Notes under the pieces: generated by a model
Databases searched by the model: none
Seen by the model: only the letters and a program-made list of their open reading frames with translations
Told to the model about the DNA's origin: nothing
Translations under genes and position numbers: made by a program
NCBI GenBank assembly: GCA_009914755.4
Contig: CP068257.2
Coordinates: 10,304,001-10,368,000, forward strand
Length of the DNA stretch: 64,000 nucleotides
Direction: 5' to 3'
From: the human T2T-CHM13v2.0 reference genome, Homo sapiens
Shown here: in pieces, positions 28,701 to 42,800 of the stretch
How positions within the stretch are numbered: position 1 is the stretch's first letter
How the letters are laid out: each line of letters opens with the position of its first letter

Positions 28701-31700
28701 TAGGCCACAAAGGTCTCCAAATATCCACTTGCAGATTCTACAAAAAGAGAGTTTGAAAACTTCACAATCAAAAGAAAGTTTCAACTCTGTGAGATGAATG
28801 CACACATCACAAGGAAGTTTCTCAGAATGCTTCTGTCTAGTTTATGTGAAGATATTTCCTTTTCCAACAGAGGCTGCAAAACACTCGAAATATCCACTTG
28901 CAGATTCTAAAAAAAGAGTGTTTCAAAACTGCTCAATCAAAAGAAAGACTCAAATCTGTGAGTTGAACACACACAACACAAAGAACTTTGTCAGAATGCT
29001 TCTGTGTAGTTTTTATGTGAAGATATTTCCTTTCCTACCATAAGCCTCAAAGTGCTCCAAATATCCACTTGCACACTCTACAAAAAGAGTGGTTCAAAAC
29101 TGCTCAATCAAAAGAAAGGTTGAACTCTGCGAGATGAATGCACACATCACAAAGAAGTTTCTCAGAATGCTTCTCCGTAGTTTTTATGTGAAGATATATC
29201 CTTTTCCGCAGTAGGCCACAAAGCACTCCAAATATCCACTTGCAGATCCTAAAAAAAGTGTGTTTCAAAACTGCTCAATCAAAAGAAAGGTTCAACTCTG
29301 TGTGTTGAATGCACACATCACAAACCAATTTCTCAGAATGCTTCTGTGTAGTTTTCACGTGAAGATATTTACTTTTCTACCATAGGCCTCAAAACGCTCC
29401 AAGTATCCAATTGGAGATTCTACAAAAAGAGTGCTTCAAAACTGCTCAATCAAAAGAAAGCTTCAACTCTGTGAGATGAAGGCACACATGACAAAGAAGT
29501 TTCTCAGAATGCTGTTGTCTAGTTTTTATGTGAAGATATTGCCTTTTCCACTTAAGGCCACATAGCGCTCCAAATATCCACTTACAGATTCTACAAAAGG
29601 AGTCTTTCAAAACTGCTCAATCAAAAGAAGGATTGCACTCTTTGAGTTAAATGCACACATCACAAAGAAGTTTCTCAGAATGCTTCTATGTACTATTTAT
29701 GTGAAGATATTTCCTTTTCCACCGTAGGCCTCAAAGCGTTCCAAAAATCCACTGGCAGATTTTACAAAAAGAGTGTTTCAAAACTGTTGAATCTAAAGAA
29801 AGGTTGAACTCTGTGGGTTGAATGCACACATCACAAAGAAGTTTCTCAGAATGATTCTGTCTAAATTTTATGTGAAAATATTCCATTTTCCACCATAGGC
29901 CTCGATGTGCTCCAAATATCCACTTGCAGATTCTACAAAAAGAGTGTTTCCAAACTGCTCAACCAAAAGAACGGTTCAACTCTGTGAGATGAAACCACAT
30001 ATCATAAAGAAGTTTCTCAGAAATTTTCTGTCTAGTTTTTTTGTGAGAATATTTCCTATTTCATCCATAGGCATCAATGGTCTGAGAAATATCCCTTCAC
30101 AGATTCTACATAAGGACTGTTTCCAAACTGCTGAATCGAAAGAAATGTTCAACTCTTTGTGATGAATGTGCACATCACAAAGAAGTTTCTCAGAATGATT
30201 CTATCTAGTTTTTATGTGAAGATATTTCATTTTCCACTATAGGCCACAAAGGACTCCAAATATCCACTTGCAGATTCCCCATAAAGAGTGTTTCCAAACT
30301 GCTCAATCAAAGGAAATTTACAACTCTGTGAGATGAAAGAACACATCATAAAGAAGTTTCTCAGAAAGCTCCTGTCTAGTTTTTATGTGAAGATATTTTA
30401 TGTTTCACCATAGTCCAGAAGGTGCTCAAAAATAGCCCTTTGCAGATTCTACACAAAGACTGTTTCCAAACTTCTGAACCAAAATAAAGGTTCAACTCTG
30501 TGAGATGAAAGCACATATCTCAAAGAAGTTTCTCAGAAACGTTCTGTCTGGTTTTTATGAGAAGTTATTTCCTATTTCACCATAGGCCTCAATGGGCTGA
30601 GAAATATCCCTTTACAGATACTGCAAAAGGACTATTTCCAAACTGCTCAATCCAAAGAAAGTTTCACCTCTTTGAGTTGAATGCATACATCACAAAGAAG
30701 TTTCTCAGAATGCTTCTGCCTAGTTTTTATGTGAAGATATTTCCTTTTTCACCATAGGCCTTAAACTGCTCTCAGATATCCCTCTGCAGATACTACAAAA
30801 AGACTGTCTCCAAACTGCTCCATCAAAAGTAAAGTTCAACTCTCTGAGATGAAAGGATACCTCTCAAAGAAGTTTCTCAGAATACTTTTGTCTAGTTTTT
30901 ATGTGAAGATATTTCTTTTTTGATATAGGCCTCCAACTTCTCAGAAATATCCCATTCCAGATTGTACAAAAAGATTGTTTCCAAACTGCTCAATGAAAAG
31001 AAACGTTCAACTCTGTGAGATGTATGCATGCATCAAAAAGAAGTTTCTCAGAAAGCTTCTGTTTATATTTCATGTGAAGGTATTTCCTTTTTCACCATAA
31101 GCCTCAAAGCACTCCAAATATCCATTTGCAGATTCTACAAAAAGACTGTTTCCAAACTGATCAATCAAAAGAAAGTTTCAAATCTGTGACATGAAAGCAC
31201 ACATCACTAAGAAGTTTATCAGAAAGCTTCTGTCTAGTTTTTATGTGAAGATATGTCCTTTTTCACCATAGGCATCAATGGGAACAGAAATATCCCTTTG
31301 CAGATCCTACAAAAAGACTGTTTCCAAACTGCTCAATCAAAGGAATGGTTCAACTCTGTGAGATGAAACCACATATCACAAAGAAGTTTCTCAGAAATCC
31401 TCTGTCTAGTTTTTATGTGAAGATATTTCCTATTTCATCCATAGGCCTCAATGGGCTCAGAAATATACCTTCACAGATTCTACAAAACGACAGTTTCCAA
31501 ACTGCTCAATCCAAAGACAGCTTCAACTCTTTGAGATGAATGCACACAATACAAAGAAGTTTCTTAGAATGCTTCTACCTAGTTTTTATGTGAAGATATT
31601 TCCTTTTTCACCACAGGCCTTAAACTGCTCTCACATATCCCTCTTCAGATACTACAAAAAGATTGTTTCCAGACTGCTCCATCAAAAGAAAAGTTCAAAT

Positions 31701-34700
31701 CTGTAAGATGAATAGATACATCACAAAAAATTTTCTCAGAATACTTCTGTCTACATTTTATCTGAAGATATTTCTTTTTCACCATAGGCCTCCAACTTCG
31801 CAGAAATTTCCTTTGCAGACTGTACAAAAAGACTGTTTCCAAACTGCTCAATGAAAAGAAAGTTTCACCTCTGTGAGATGTATGAACTCATAAAAAAGAA
31901 GTTTCTCAGAAAGCTTCTGTTTAGATTCCATGTGAAGATATGTCCTTTTTCACCATAGGCATCAAAGCGCTTGACATATCCTTTGCAGATTCTACAAAAA
32001 CACTGTTTCCAAACTGCTCAATCAAAAGAAAGGTTCAAACATGTGAGATGAGAGCACACATCACTAAGAAGTTTCTCAGAATGCTTCTGTCTAGTTTTTA
32101 AGTGAAGATATTTCTTCTTTCACCATAGGTCTCAATGGGCTCAGAAATATCCCTTTGCAGATCCTACAAAAGGACTGTTTCCAAACTGCTCAATCAAAAT
32201 AAAGTTTCAACTCTGTCAGTTGAATGCACACATCACAAAGCAGTTTCTCAGAATCTTCTGACTAGGTTTTATATGAAGATATTTCCTTTCTCACCAAAGT
32301 CCTCAAAATGCTCACAAATATCTCTCTGCAGATACTATAAAAGACTGTTTCCAAACTGCTCAATCAAAAGAAAGGTTCAACTCTGTGAGATGAATGCACA
32401 CATCACAAAGATGTTTCCAGAATGCTTCTGTCTGGTTGTTATGTGAAGATATTTCCTTTTTCACCACAGGCCTCAAAGCACTCCAAATATCCATTTGCAG
32501 ATCCTACAAAAAGAGAGTTTCCAAATTGCTCAATCAAAAGGTAGTTTCATCTCTGTGAGATGAAAACACACATCCCAAAGAAGTTTCTCAGAAAGCTTCT
32601 GTTTATTTTTTATGTGAAGATATTTCCTAATTCACCATAGGCCTAAATCGGCTAAGAAGTATCCCTTTGCAGATTGTAGAAAAATACTGTTTCCAAACTG
32701 CTGAATCAAAAGAAAAGTTGAACAGTGTGAGATGAATGCACACATCACAAAGAAGATTCTCAGAATGCTTCTGTCTAGTTTTTATGTGAAGATATTTGCT
32801 TTTCCATCATAGGCCACAATGGTCACCAAATATCCACTTGCAGATTTTACAAAAATAGTGTTTCAAAACTGCCCAATCTAAAGAAAGGTTCAACTCTGTA
32901 CGTTGAATGCACACATCACAAAGAAGTTTCTCAGAATGCTTCTGTCTACCTTTTATCCAAAGTTATTTCCTTTTCCACTATACTCGGCAAAGCCCTCCGA
33001 ATATCCACTTGCAGATTCTACAAAAGAAGTGTTTCAAAATTGCACAATCAAAAGAAAGGTTCAACTCTGGGAGTTGTATGCGCACATCAGAAAGTAGTTT
33101 CTCAGAATGCTTTTATGTAGTTTTTATGTGAAGATATTTTCTTTTCCACCATAGGCCCTAAAGCTCTCCAAATATCCACTTTCAGATTATACAAAAAGAG
33201 GGATTCAAAACTGCTCAATCAAAAGAAAGGTTCAACTCTGTGAGCTGAAGGCACACATAACAAAGCCGTTTCTCAGAATGCTTCTCCGTAGTTTTTATAT
33301 GAAGATATTTCCATTTCCACCATTCTCTCCAAAACGCTCCAAATATCCACTTGCATATTCTATAAAAAGAGTGTTTCAAAACTGCTCAATGAAAAGAAAG
33401 TTTCAACTCTGTGAAGTGAATGGACACATCACAAAGACATTTCTCAGAATGCTTCTGTCTAGTGTTTATGTGAAGATATTTCCTTTTCCACCACACGTCT
33501 CAAAGCGATCTAAATATGCACTTGCAGATTCTAGGAAGAGTGCTTCAAAACTGCTGAATCAAAAGAATGGTTCAAATCTGTGAGATGAACGAACACATCA
33601 CAAAGAATTTGCTCAAAATGCTTCTATCTAGTTTTTATGAGAAGATAATCCTTTTCCACCATTGGCCCCAATGGGCTCCAAATATCAACTGCAGATACTA
33701 CAAAAAGTGTTTAAAAAATGCTGAATCAATAGAAAGTTTCAACTCCATGAGATGTATGCACACATAAAAAAGAAGTTTCTCAGAATGCTTCTCTCTAGTT
33801 TTTATGTGAGGATATTTCCTTCTCCACCATAGGACTCAATGCACTCCAAATATCCACTGGCAGATTCTAGAAAAAGAGCGTTTCAAAACTGCTCAATCAA
33901 AAGAAATTTTCAAATTTGTGAGATGAATGCGCACATCACAAAGAAGTTTCTCAGAGTAATTCTGTCTAGTTTTTATGTGAAGATTTTTCATTTTCCACCA
34001 TACTCATCAAAGCGGTCCAAATATCCACTTGCACATTCTACAAAGAGAGTGTTTCAAAACTGCTCATTCAAAAGAATGGTTCAACTATGTGAGATGAATG
34101 CATACATCACAAAGAGGTATTTCAGAATGCTTCTGTGTCGTTTTTATGTGAAGATGTTTCCCCTTACCACCATAGGACGCAAAGCTCTCCAAATATCCAC
34201 TTACAGATACTCCAAAAAGAGTATTTCAAAAGTGCTCAATCAAAAGAAAGGTTGAACTCTTTCAAATGAAGGCACACATCACAAAGAAGTTTTTCAGAAT
34301 GCTTCTGTCTAGTTTTTATGTGAATATACATCGTTTTCCACTATAGGCCACAAAGTGCTCCAAACACCCACTTGAAGATTCTACAAAAAGAGTGTTTCAA
34401 ACGTCCTCAATAAAAAAAGTTACAACTCTGTGAGGTGAATGCACACATCACAAAGAAGATTCTCAGAATGCTTCTGTCTACTTTTTATGTGAAGGTATTT
34501 AATTTTCCACCATTGGACGCAAATCACACCAAATATACACTTGCAGATTTTACAAAAATAGAGTTTCAAAACTGCTCAATCAAAAGAAAGGTTCAACTCT
34601 GTGAGTTGAATGCACACATCACAAAGAAGTATCTCAGAATGCTTCTGTTTAGCTTTATGCAAAGTTATTTCCTTTGCCACTATAGTCTGCGAAGCCCTCC

Positions 34701-37700
34701 GAGTATCTACTTGCAGTTTCTACAAAAAGAGTGTTTCAAAATTGCACAATCAAAAGAAATGTTCAACTCTGTGAGTTGTATGCACACATCACATAGAAGT
34801 TTTTCAGAGTGCTTTTTTATAGTTTTTATGTGAAGAAATTTCCTTTTCACCATAGGCCCCAAAGTGCTCCAAATATACACTAGCAGATTCTACAAAAAGA
34901 GGGATTCAAAACTGCTCAATCAAAAGAAAGGTTGAACTCTGTGAGTTGAATGCACACATCACAAAGACGTTTCTCAGAAAGCTTCTGTGTAGTTTTTATG
35001 TGAAGGTATTTCCTTTTACACCATTGACCACAAAGGGCTCCAAATATTCACTTGCAGATTCTACATAAAGAGAGTTTCAAAACTCGTCTATCAAAAGATA
35101 GGTACAACTCTGAGTTCAATACACACATCTCAAAGAAGTTTCTCAGAATGCTTCTGTTTAGTTTTTATGTGAAGATATTTCCATTTCTACAATAGGCCTC
35201 AAAGCGCTCCAAGTATCCGCTTGTAGATTTTACTAAAAGAGTGTTTCCAAACTGCTCAATCAAAAGAAAGTTACAAATCTGTGAGGTGAATGAACAAATC
35301 ACACAGATGTTTCTCAGAATGCTTCTGTGTAGTTTTTAAGTGAAGACATTTCCTTTTCCAGAATAGGTCCTAAGCACTAAAAATATCCACTTGCAGATTC
35401 TACAAATAGTGGGTTTCAAAACTTCTCAATCAAAAGAAATGTTCACCACAGTGTGTTGAACGAACATGTCGAAAGAAGTTTCTCAAAATGCTTCTGTGTA
35501 GCTTTATGTGAAGATATTTCCTTTTTCACCATAAGCCTCAACGTACTCCAAATATCTACTTGCAGATTCTACAAAAAGTGTGTTTCAAAATTCCTCAATC
35601 AAAAGAAAGTTGATCTCTGTGAGATGCATGCACACATTGCAAAGAAGTTTCTCAGAATGCATCTGTGTTGTTTTTATGTGAAGATATTTTCTTTTCCACA
35701 GTAGGCCTCAAGGGGCTCCAAATATCCACTTGCAGATTCTACAAAAAGACTGTTTCAAAAATGCTTGGTGAAAAGAAAAGTTCAACTCTCTCAGATGAAT
35801 GCATACATGAAAATGAAGTTTCTCAGAATGCTTCTGTGTAGTTTTTATGTGAAGATATTTTCTTTTCCACCAGAGGACACCAAGGGCTCCAAATATCCAC
35901 TTGCAGATTCTACAAAAAGAGAGATTGGAAACTGTGCAATCAAAAGACAGATTCAAATCTGTGATTTGAATGCACACATCAGAAAGAAGTTTCTCAGAAT
36001 GCTTCTGTGTAGATTTTGTGTGAAGATATAGCCTTTTCCACCATAGGCCTCAATGCGCTCCAAATGTCCAGTTAGAGATACTACAAAAACAGTTTTTGAA
36101 AACTGCTCAATAAAAAGAAAAGTTCAACTCTGTGAGATGAACGCACACATTGCAAAGAAGTTTGTCAGAATGACTCTGTGTTGTTTTCATGTGAATATAT
36201 TTCCTTTTCCATGATAGGCTTCAAAGCACTCCAAATATCCACTTGCAGATCCTTTAAAAAAGAGTGTTTCAAAACTGCTCAAACAAAAGAAAGGTTCAAC
36301 TCTGTGAGATGAATGCACACATCACAATATAGTTTCTCAGAATGCTTCTGTGTAGTTTTTATGTGAAGATATTTCCTTTGCCACAATAGGCCTCAAAGTG
36401 CTCCAAATATCCAACTGCAGATTCTACAGAAAGAGTGTTTCAAAACTGCTGAATCAACAGAAAGGTTCAAATCTGTGAGATGAATGCACACATCACAAAC
36501 CAGTTTCACAGAACGCTTCTCTGTAGATTTTATGTGAAGATATTTCCTTTCTCCACCACAGGCTGCAAAGGGCTCCAAATATACACTTGCTGATTCTACA
36601 AAAAGAGTGCTTCAAAAGTGCTCAATAAAAAGAAATGTTCAACTCTGTGAGATGAATGCACACTTTGCAAAGAAGTTTCTCAGAAGGCTTCTGTGTAGTT
36701 TTTTTGTGAAGATATTTCCTTTTCCAAAATAGGACTCAAAGCCCTCGAAATATCCACTTGCAGAATCTACAAAAAGACTCTTTCAACACTGCTCAATCAA
36801 AAGAAAGCTTCAACTCTGTGAGATGAAGGCACACATCACAAAGGAGTTTCTCAGAATGCTTCCGTGTAGGTTTTATGTGAAGATATTTCCTTTTCCAACA
36901 AAGGACTCAAAAGGCTCCAAATATCCACTTGCAGGTTCTACAAAAATAGTGTTTCTAAACAGGTCAATCAAAAGAAAGGTTCAACACTGTGAGATTAATG
37001 CACGCATCACCAATAAGTTTTTTCAGAATGATTCTGTATAGTTTTTATGTGAAGATATTTCTTTTTCCACCACAGGCAGCAAGGGGCTCTAAATATCCAC
37101 TTGCAGATTCTACAAAAAGAGATTTTCAAAGCTCCTCAATAAAAAGATAAGTTCAACTCTGTGAGCTGAATGCACACATCAAAAAGAAGTTTCTTTGAAT
37201 GCTTCTGTGTAGTTTTTATGTGAAGATATTTCCTTTTCCACCTTAGGCCGCAAAAGGCTCCACATATCCACTTGCAGTTTCTAGAAAGAGAATGTTTCCA
37301 AACTGGTTAATCAAAACAAAGTTTCAACTGTGTGACTTGAAGGCACACATCACAAAGAAGTTCGACAGAATTCTACTGTGTAGTTTCTATGTGAAGGTAT
37401 TTCCTTTGCCACAATAGGCCTCAAAGCACTCCAAATATCCACTTGCAGATTCTACAAAAAGAGTTTTTCAAAAATGCTCTATCAAAGCAAAGGTTCAACT
37501 CTGTTAGATGAATGCACACATCACAAAGAAGTTTCTCAGAATGCTTCTGTATAGTTTTTGTGTGAAGATGTTTCCTTTTCCACCGTAGGCTGCAAAGGGC
37601 TCCAAATATCCACTTGCAGATTCTATGAAAATAGTGCTTCAAAACTGCTCAATCAAAAGACGGGGTCAACACTGTGAGATGAATGCACACGTCACAAAGA

Positions 37701-39800
37701 AGTTTTTTCAGAATGCTTCTGTGTAGTTTTTATGTGAAGATATTTCCTTTTACACCACAAGGCAAAACGGGCTCCAAATATCCACTTGCAGATTCTACAA
37801 AGGAAAGATTCAAAACTGCTCAATCCAAAGATAAGTTCAACTCTGTGAGTTGAAGGCACACATCACAAAGAAGTTTCTCAGAATTCTTCTATCTTGTTTT
37901 CATGTAAAGGTATTTCTTTTCAGACCATAGGCCTCAAAGTGCTCCAAATGTCCACTTGCAGATTCTGCAAAAAGAGATTTTCAAAACTGCTCAATCAAAA
38001 GAAAGGATCAACTCTGTGAGATGAGTGCACAGATCACAAAGAAGTTTCTCAGAATGCTTCTCTGTAGTTTTTATGTGAAGATATTTCCTTTTCCACTATA
38101 GGCCTCAAAACGCTCCAAATAACCACTTAGAAATTCTACAAAAAGAGTGTTTTAAAACTGTTCAATCATAAGATTGGTTCAACCAAGTGAGATGAATGCA
38201 CACATCGCAAATAAGTTTCTCAGAATGCTTTTGTGTAGTTTTTATTTGAAGGTATTTCCTTTTCCACCATAGACATCAAAGGGCTCCAAATATCGACTTG
38301 CAGATTCTACCAAAACAGAGATTCAAAACTGCTCAATCAAAAGATAGGTTCAACTCTGTGAGTTGAATGCACACATCACAAATATGTTTCTCAGAATGCT
38401 TCTGTATAGTTTTAATTTGATGATATTTCCTTTTCCACATTAGGACTCAAAGCTCTCCAAATATCCACTTGCAGATTCTGCTAAAAGAGAGATTCAAAAC
38501 TGCTCAATCAAAATACAGGATTAACTCCATGAGTTGAATGCACACATCACAAAGAAGTTTCTCAGAATACTTCTGTGTAGTTTTTATGTGAAGATATTTC
38601 CTTCACCACAGTAGACCCCAAACCACTCCAAGTATCCACTTGCAGATTCTACGAAAAGAGTGTTTTAAAACTGCTCAATCAAAAGATAGGTTCAACTCTG
38701 TGAGTTGAATGCACACATCACAAAGAAGTTTCTCCGAATGATTCTGCATAGTTTTTATGCGAAGATATTACCTTTTCAACAATAGGCTTCAAATCCCTCC
38801 AAATACCCACTTGCAGATTCTAAAAAAAGAGTGTTTCAAAACTACACAATCAAAAGAAAGTTTCAACTCTGGAAGATGTATGCACACATCACAAAGAAGT
38901 TTCTCAGAATGCTTCTATGTAGTTTTTATGTGAAGATATTTGGTTTTCCACATTAGGCCTCAAGGCGCTCCAAATATCCACTTGCATTAGCTGAAAAAAC
39001 GTGTATCAAAACTGCTCAATCAAAAGAAAAGATCAACAAAGTGAGATGAATGCATACATAACAAAGAAGTTTCTCAGAATGCTTCTGTGTAGTTTTTGTG
39101 TGAAGATATTTCCTTTTCTACCATAGGCCTCAAAGTGGCCCAAGTATCCACCTTCAGATTCTACAATAAGAGTGTTTCAAAACCGCTCAATCATAACATA
39201 GTTTCAACACTGTGAGATGAATGCACACATCACAAATGTTTCTCAGAATGCTTCTGTGTAATTTTTATTTGAAGATATTTCCTTTTCCAGCATCGGCCTC
39301 CAAGGTCTCCAAATATCCACTTTCAGATTCTTCAAACAGAGAGATTCAAAACTGCTTAATCAAAAGATAAGTTCCACTCTGTGAGGTGAATGCACACATC
39401 ACAAAGAAGTTTCTCAGAATGTTTCTGTGTAGTTTTTATAGGAAGATATTTGGTTTTCCACAATAGGCCTCAAATCGCTCCAAATATCCACTTGCAGATA
39501 CTACAAAAAGCATGTTTCAAAAACTCTCAATCAAAAGAAAGGTTCAACTCTGTGAGATGAATGCACACATCACCAAGAAGTTTCTCAGAATGCTTCTGTG
39601 TAGTTTTTATGTGAAGATATTTGCTTTTCCACAGTAGGCCTGAAAGTGCTCCCAGTATCCCACTTGCAGACACCTCAAAAACAGTGTTTCAAGAGTACTC
39701 AATCAAAACAAAGGATAAACCCTGTCAGATGAAGGCACTCATCACAAAGAAGGCTCTCAGAATGCTTCTATGTAGTTTTTATGTGAAAATATTTCCTTTT
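25781..39800 (-). repeat. Alpha satellite, family D1 (ctccaaatatccacttgcag / tttcaaaactgctc type), B orientation
   Basis: An abrupt change of monomer type occurs near 25780. It goes from ...ctcacaaatatccctttgcag...tttccaaactgc to ...gctccaaatatccacttgcagattctacaaaaagagtgtttcaaaactgctcaatc. Monomers are about 85-92% similar, with a diverged 1.7-1.9 kb periodicity at 26.9-29.8 kb. Confidence 0.9.
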
Positions 39801-42800
39801 CCACAATAGGTCCCAAAGAGCTCCAAATGTCCACTTGCAGATTCTACAAAAAGAGTGTTTCAAAACTGCCCAATCAAAAGAAAGTTTCAATTCTGTGAGA
39901 TGAATGCACACATCACAAAGAAGTTTCTCAGAATGCTTCTGTCTAGTTATTATATGAAGATAGTTCGTTATCCACCAAAGGCCTCAAAGCGCTTCAAAGG
40001 TAAACTTGCAGATTCCACAAAAACAGTGTTCCAAAACTGCTCAAAGCAAAGTAAGTTTCAACTCAGTGGGATGAATGCACACATCAAAAAGCCATTTGTC
40101 AGAATTTTTCCGTCTGGTTTTTATGTGATGATATTTTTTTTTTCCACCATAAGCCTCAAAGCGCTTCAAATGTCCACTTGCAGATTCTATAAAAAGAGAG
40201 TTTCAAAACTCCTCAATCAAAACAAAGTTTTAACTCTGTGAGGTGAATGCACACATCACAAAGAAGTTTCTCAGATTGCTTCTGTCTAGATTTCATATGA
40301 AGATATTTCCTTTTCCACCATAGGCCTCAAAGTGCTCCAAAAGTCCACTTCCAGATTCTGCAAAAGGAGTGTTTCCAAACAGCTCAATCAAAAGGAATGT
40401 TCAACTCTGTGAGATGAATTGACACATCACAAAGAAGTTTCTCAGAATTCTTCTGTCTATTTTTTATGTGAAGGTATTTCCTTTTCTACCAGAGGCCACA
40501 AAGCGCTCCAAATGTCCACTTGCAATTTCTACAAAAAGAGTATTACCAAACTACTTAATCAAAAAAAAAGGCTCAACTGTGTGAGATGAACACACATATC
40601 ACGAAGAAGTTTCTCAGAATTCTTCTGTCTAGTTTTTATGTGAAGATATTTACTTTTCCACCATAGGCCTCAAAGCGCTCCAAATGTCCACTTGCAGATC
40701 CTACAAAAAGAGAGTTTCAATACTGCTCAATCAAAAGAAAAGTTTAACTCTGTGAGATGAATGCACAGATCACAAAGAATTTTCTCAGATTGCTTATGTC
40801 TAGATTTTATGTGAAGATATTTCCTTTTCTAAAATAGGCCACAAACCGCTCAAAATGTCCACTTGCAGATTCTACAAAAAGTGTTTCCAAACTGCTCAAT
40901 CAAAAGAAATGTTCAACTCTGTGAGATGAACGCACACATCACAAAGAAGTTTCTCAGAATTCTTCTGTCTTGTTTTTATGTGAAGATATTTACTTTTCCA
41001 CCATAGGCCTCAAAGCGCTCCAAATGTCCACTTGCAGATCCTACAAAAAGAGAGTTTACGTACTGCTCAATCAAAAGAAATGTTTAACTCTCTGAGATGA
41101 ATGCACACATCACAAAGAAGTTTCTCAGATTGATTCTGTCTAGATTTTATGTGAAGTTATTTCCTTTTCTACCATAGGCCGCAAGTGCTCCAAATGTCCG
41201 CTTGCAGATTCTACAAAAAGTGTGTTTCCAAGCTGCTCAATGAAAGGAAAGCTTCAACTCGATGAAGGCACAAATCACAAAGAAGTTTCCCAGAATGCTT
41301 TTGTCTAGTTTTTATGTGAAGATATTTCCTTTTCCACCATAGGCTTCAAAGCCTTCCAAATGACCACTTTCAGATTCCACAAAAAGAGAGTTTCAAAACT
41401 GCTCTATCAAAAGAAAGGAATAACTCTGTGAGATGAATGCACACATCAGAAGGAAGTTTTTCAGATTGCTTCTGCTTTGATTTTATGTGAAGATATTTCC
41501 TTTTCTAAAATAAGCCACAATGTGCTCCAAACATCCACATGCAGATTCTACAAAAAGATTGTTTCCAAACTGCTCAATGAAAAGAAAGGTTAAACTCTGT
41601 GAGATGAACGAACACATCACAAAGAAGTTTTTCAGAATTCTTCTGTCTAGTTTTTGTGAAGATATTTCCTTTTCCACCATAGGCCTCAAAGCTCTCCAAA
41701 TGTCCACTTCCAGATTCTACAAAAGGAGTGTTTCCAAACTGCTCAATCAAAAGAACGGTTCAACTCTGTGAGATGAAGACACACATCATGAAGAAGTTTC
41801 TCAGAATTCTTCTGTCTAGATTTTATGTGAAAATATTTCCTTTTCCAACATAGGCCTCAAAGTGTTCCAAATAACCACTTGCAGATTCTACAAAAAGAGA
41901 ATTTCAAAACTGCCTAATCAAAAGAAAGGTTTAACTCTGTGAGATGAATGCACACATCATAAAAAGTTGCTCAGATTGCTTCTGTCTAGATTTTATATGA
42001 AGATATTTCCTTTTCTTCCATAGGCCACAAAGCATTCCAAATGTCCACTTCCAGATTCTACAAAAACAGTCTTTCCAAACTGCTGAATTAAAAGAATTGT
42101 TCTACTCTTTGAGATGAACACACACATCACAAAAATGTTTGTCAGAATTCTTCTGTCTAGTTTTTATGTGAAGATATTGCCTTTTCCACCATGGGCCTCA
42201 AAGCACTCCAAATGTCCACTTGCAGATTCTACAAAAAAAGAGAGTTTCAAAACTGCTCTATCAAAAGAAAGGTTTAACTCAGTGACATGAATGCACACAT
42301 CACAAAGAAATTTCACAGATTACTTCTGCCTAGATTTTATTGGAAGATATTTCCTTTTTTATAATAGGCCGCAAAGCACACCAAATGTCCACTTGCAGAT
42401 TCTGCGCAAAGAGTATTTCCAAACTGCTCAATCAAAAGAAAAGTTCAACTCTGTGAGATGAATGAACACATCATAAAGATGTTTCTCAGAATTCTTCTGT
42501 CTAGTTTTTATGTGAAGATATTTCCTTTTCCACTGTAGGCCTCAAAGAGCTCCAAATATCCACTTGCAGATTCTACAAAAAGACAGTTTCAAAACTGCTC
42601 AATCAAAAGAAAGTTTCGACTCTGTGAAATGAATGAACAGATCACAAAGAAGTTTCTCAGATTGCTTCTGTCTAGATTTTATGTGAAGATATTTCCTTTT
42701 CTAACATAGGACACAAAGCGCTCCAAGTGTCAACTTGCAGACTCTACAAAAAGAGTGTTTCCAACCTGCTCAATCAAAAATAGTTCATCTCTGTGAGATG

